From Mobula hypostoma (taxonomy: Eukaryota): DNA of 64,000 bases. The position numbers and the translations under genes are program-made. The notes under the pieces are model-generated. The model worked only from the letters and a program-made list of their open reading frames with translations. It did not search any database and was not told where the DNA came from. Within the stretch, counting starts at the first letter, position 1. Every line of letters begins with the position of its first letter. The DNA lies in NCBI RefSeq assembly GCF_963921235.1, contig NC_086099.1:151342001-151406000 (forward strand). The letters run 5' to 3'. Positions 62,449 through 64,000 of the stretch are shown piece by piece.

Positions 62449-63753
62449 ATGAGTGATGCTGATGAAATTGTCCATGCTCTCAAAGACACATTTAAGAGTG
62501 AAACAAGTGAAGACCCAGCTAATGATGAAAAAGAAATTGCAAACAAGGACTCATGTGGCCTGCAACATCAAGATAATAGTAAAGAAGTTCCAGATGAGAC
62601 TCCTGAAATCCAATGTCAAAATGAGTTCATTAATAGGCAAGATAAAGTAGAAGCTGTCTCAGGTCAAGACAGAACTCAGACAAGTGGACAACATGAGGTT
62701 GAGAGTGACACTGATAAAGCTCAAACTGAAGCTAACAATGGCATAAGTGATAAGGCAATGGATGGTATTGACCACCTGCACATTCAGGAAACCACTGATG
62801 TGGATGAAACTCAACCTCCAAGTAATAGTGGTGTTAAAGATGTATCTCAGAGTGAGATGATGAGAATCCAAATTCAGGCTTCTGATGATGTACAAGCTGA
62901 AGTTTGGAGTGAGATGCAGCAGGTTCAAGAACAGATAGATAGGAATGAACAAGGTGAAGCGCTAAGAGCTCTAAGCATGTCAAATAATTTTGAATGCCAA
63001 TTAATCATTGGTGAATGTACTGAAGTTCTGGGCAAGTCAGGTCAAGTTGAAAGTCAGCTTGTTAGTGGTCAAAAAGATGAAGTTCTGTTTGAATTGGACC
63101 AAGTTGAAGATAAGTCTGACAATTATGAACAAACTAAAAGTTACAGTGATCTGGAGAAAACTGAAGAGCAATCAACCAGAAGACAAAATAAAACTCCGTG
63201 TGATGTGGACCAAGCTGAAAATCATCCTATCAATGGGCACAGTGAAGCTCAGACTGAACAAAGCCTTGTCCAGGATCAGGGTGATTTGGGTGGGCAAGGT
63301 GGAGATTCGTGTGAATCAGGCCAAGTTAATGATGATGAAAGAGGTGACACTAAAAGTGCAACAAGCTCAGATCAACCTAAGGCACTTGATGGTAGAAAAC
63401 TGAAAGATGCCACATACACAATCAAATCATTGTCAGCTGGTAGAAGAACTTGTCTGTTTACTGGAAAGAGATTCCCAACTTATAGTAGGAAAATGGGAAA
63501 ATTTAAAATGCAAAGAAGTTCCAAAGGTATTGAAAATGTAAACTTGATTGTTCTAGGAGCAGAGAAAATTGAATCTGAGCCAGATGAGAAAAATCGTTCC
63601 AGTGTGGAATCAATTTTGACAAATGGTACTCAAAACTCAGCAGTTGGAATGATGAATGTGGATGATAGACAAAATACAGACACGATCTTGGCTAAAAAGA
63701 ATGTAACCCAGTGTCGTAAAGGGGGTAAAGGAGTAACAAAGTTTTGGTGTGAT
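62449..63753 (+). CDS. first coding exon of an unidentified gene: acidic, E/D/Q/S-rich, probably disordered N-terminus (435 codons); gene probably continues beyond the window
   Basis: Acceptor ttgtag before 62434, ATG at 62449 in aacATGa context, 1.3-kb open frame in AT-rich DNA, donor GAT/gtaagt after KFWCD, CpG island upstream. Confidence 0.8.
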
Positions 63754-64000
63754 GTAAGTATAATCTCATGGGGAAAAAAGTTGACATTTTCTACATCACT
63801 TTATATTTAGATCTAAGTTGCAGTATTTAGAGATCGTACAATGTTGTTGGGTTTGTTCATTAACTAAAATGAGCAGGGCAGTTATGAAGTGACTTACTTC
63901 CATTTCCAAAGCTGTTAATTGGGTTTTATATTCTGTGTAATATTAAAGTAGTTACAGTATCCCTGCAGTATTGAAATAGACAATGTTCAGTGCAATTTGG

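Noticed and set aside
63754-63810. C-terminus of the 453-aa ORF as a single-exon gene
   Set aside because: A consensus donor (GAT/gtaagt) at 63753/63754 and intron-like AT-rich sequence after it favour splicing, though this is unproven without transcripts.

Overview
Vertebrate nuclear DNA. The repeat families suggest a cartilaginous fish, probably a ray (inference). There are two complete genes in divergent orientation, as in human. ATPSCKMT/FAM173B is on the minus strand (4 coding exons, 11444-25812, 210 aa). CCT5 is on the plus strand (11 coding exons, 42201-55463, 541 aa). All exons were assembled by hand and have GT-AG junctions in consistent phase. A third, unidentified plus-strand gene starts at a CpG island near 61.55 kb and has a 1.3-kb acidic coding exon. 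Most of the remaining sequence is transposon debris: Vingi-like, CR1, Rex1/Babar and HERO-like LINEs, a BEL/Pao element, solo LTRs, Tc1, hAT-Charlie, Tigger-like elements, SINEs and many Penelope-like (GIY-YIG) pieces. The most notable signal is in the Penelope 3' ends. They carry a minimal hammerhead ribozyme motif (about 10 copies). They recur as short fold-back units whose inversion points lie at the ribozyme, and two of these units are flanked by exact 14-15 bp target-site duplications. Repeat boundaries are approximate unless TSDs or TIRs are quoted. No database searches were run.
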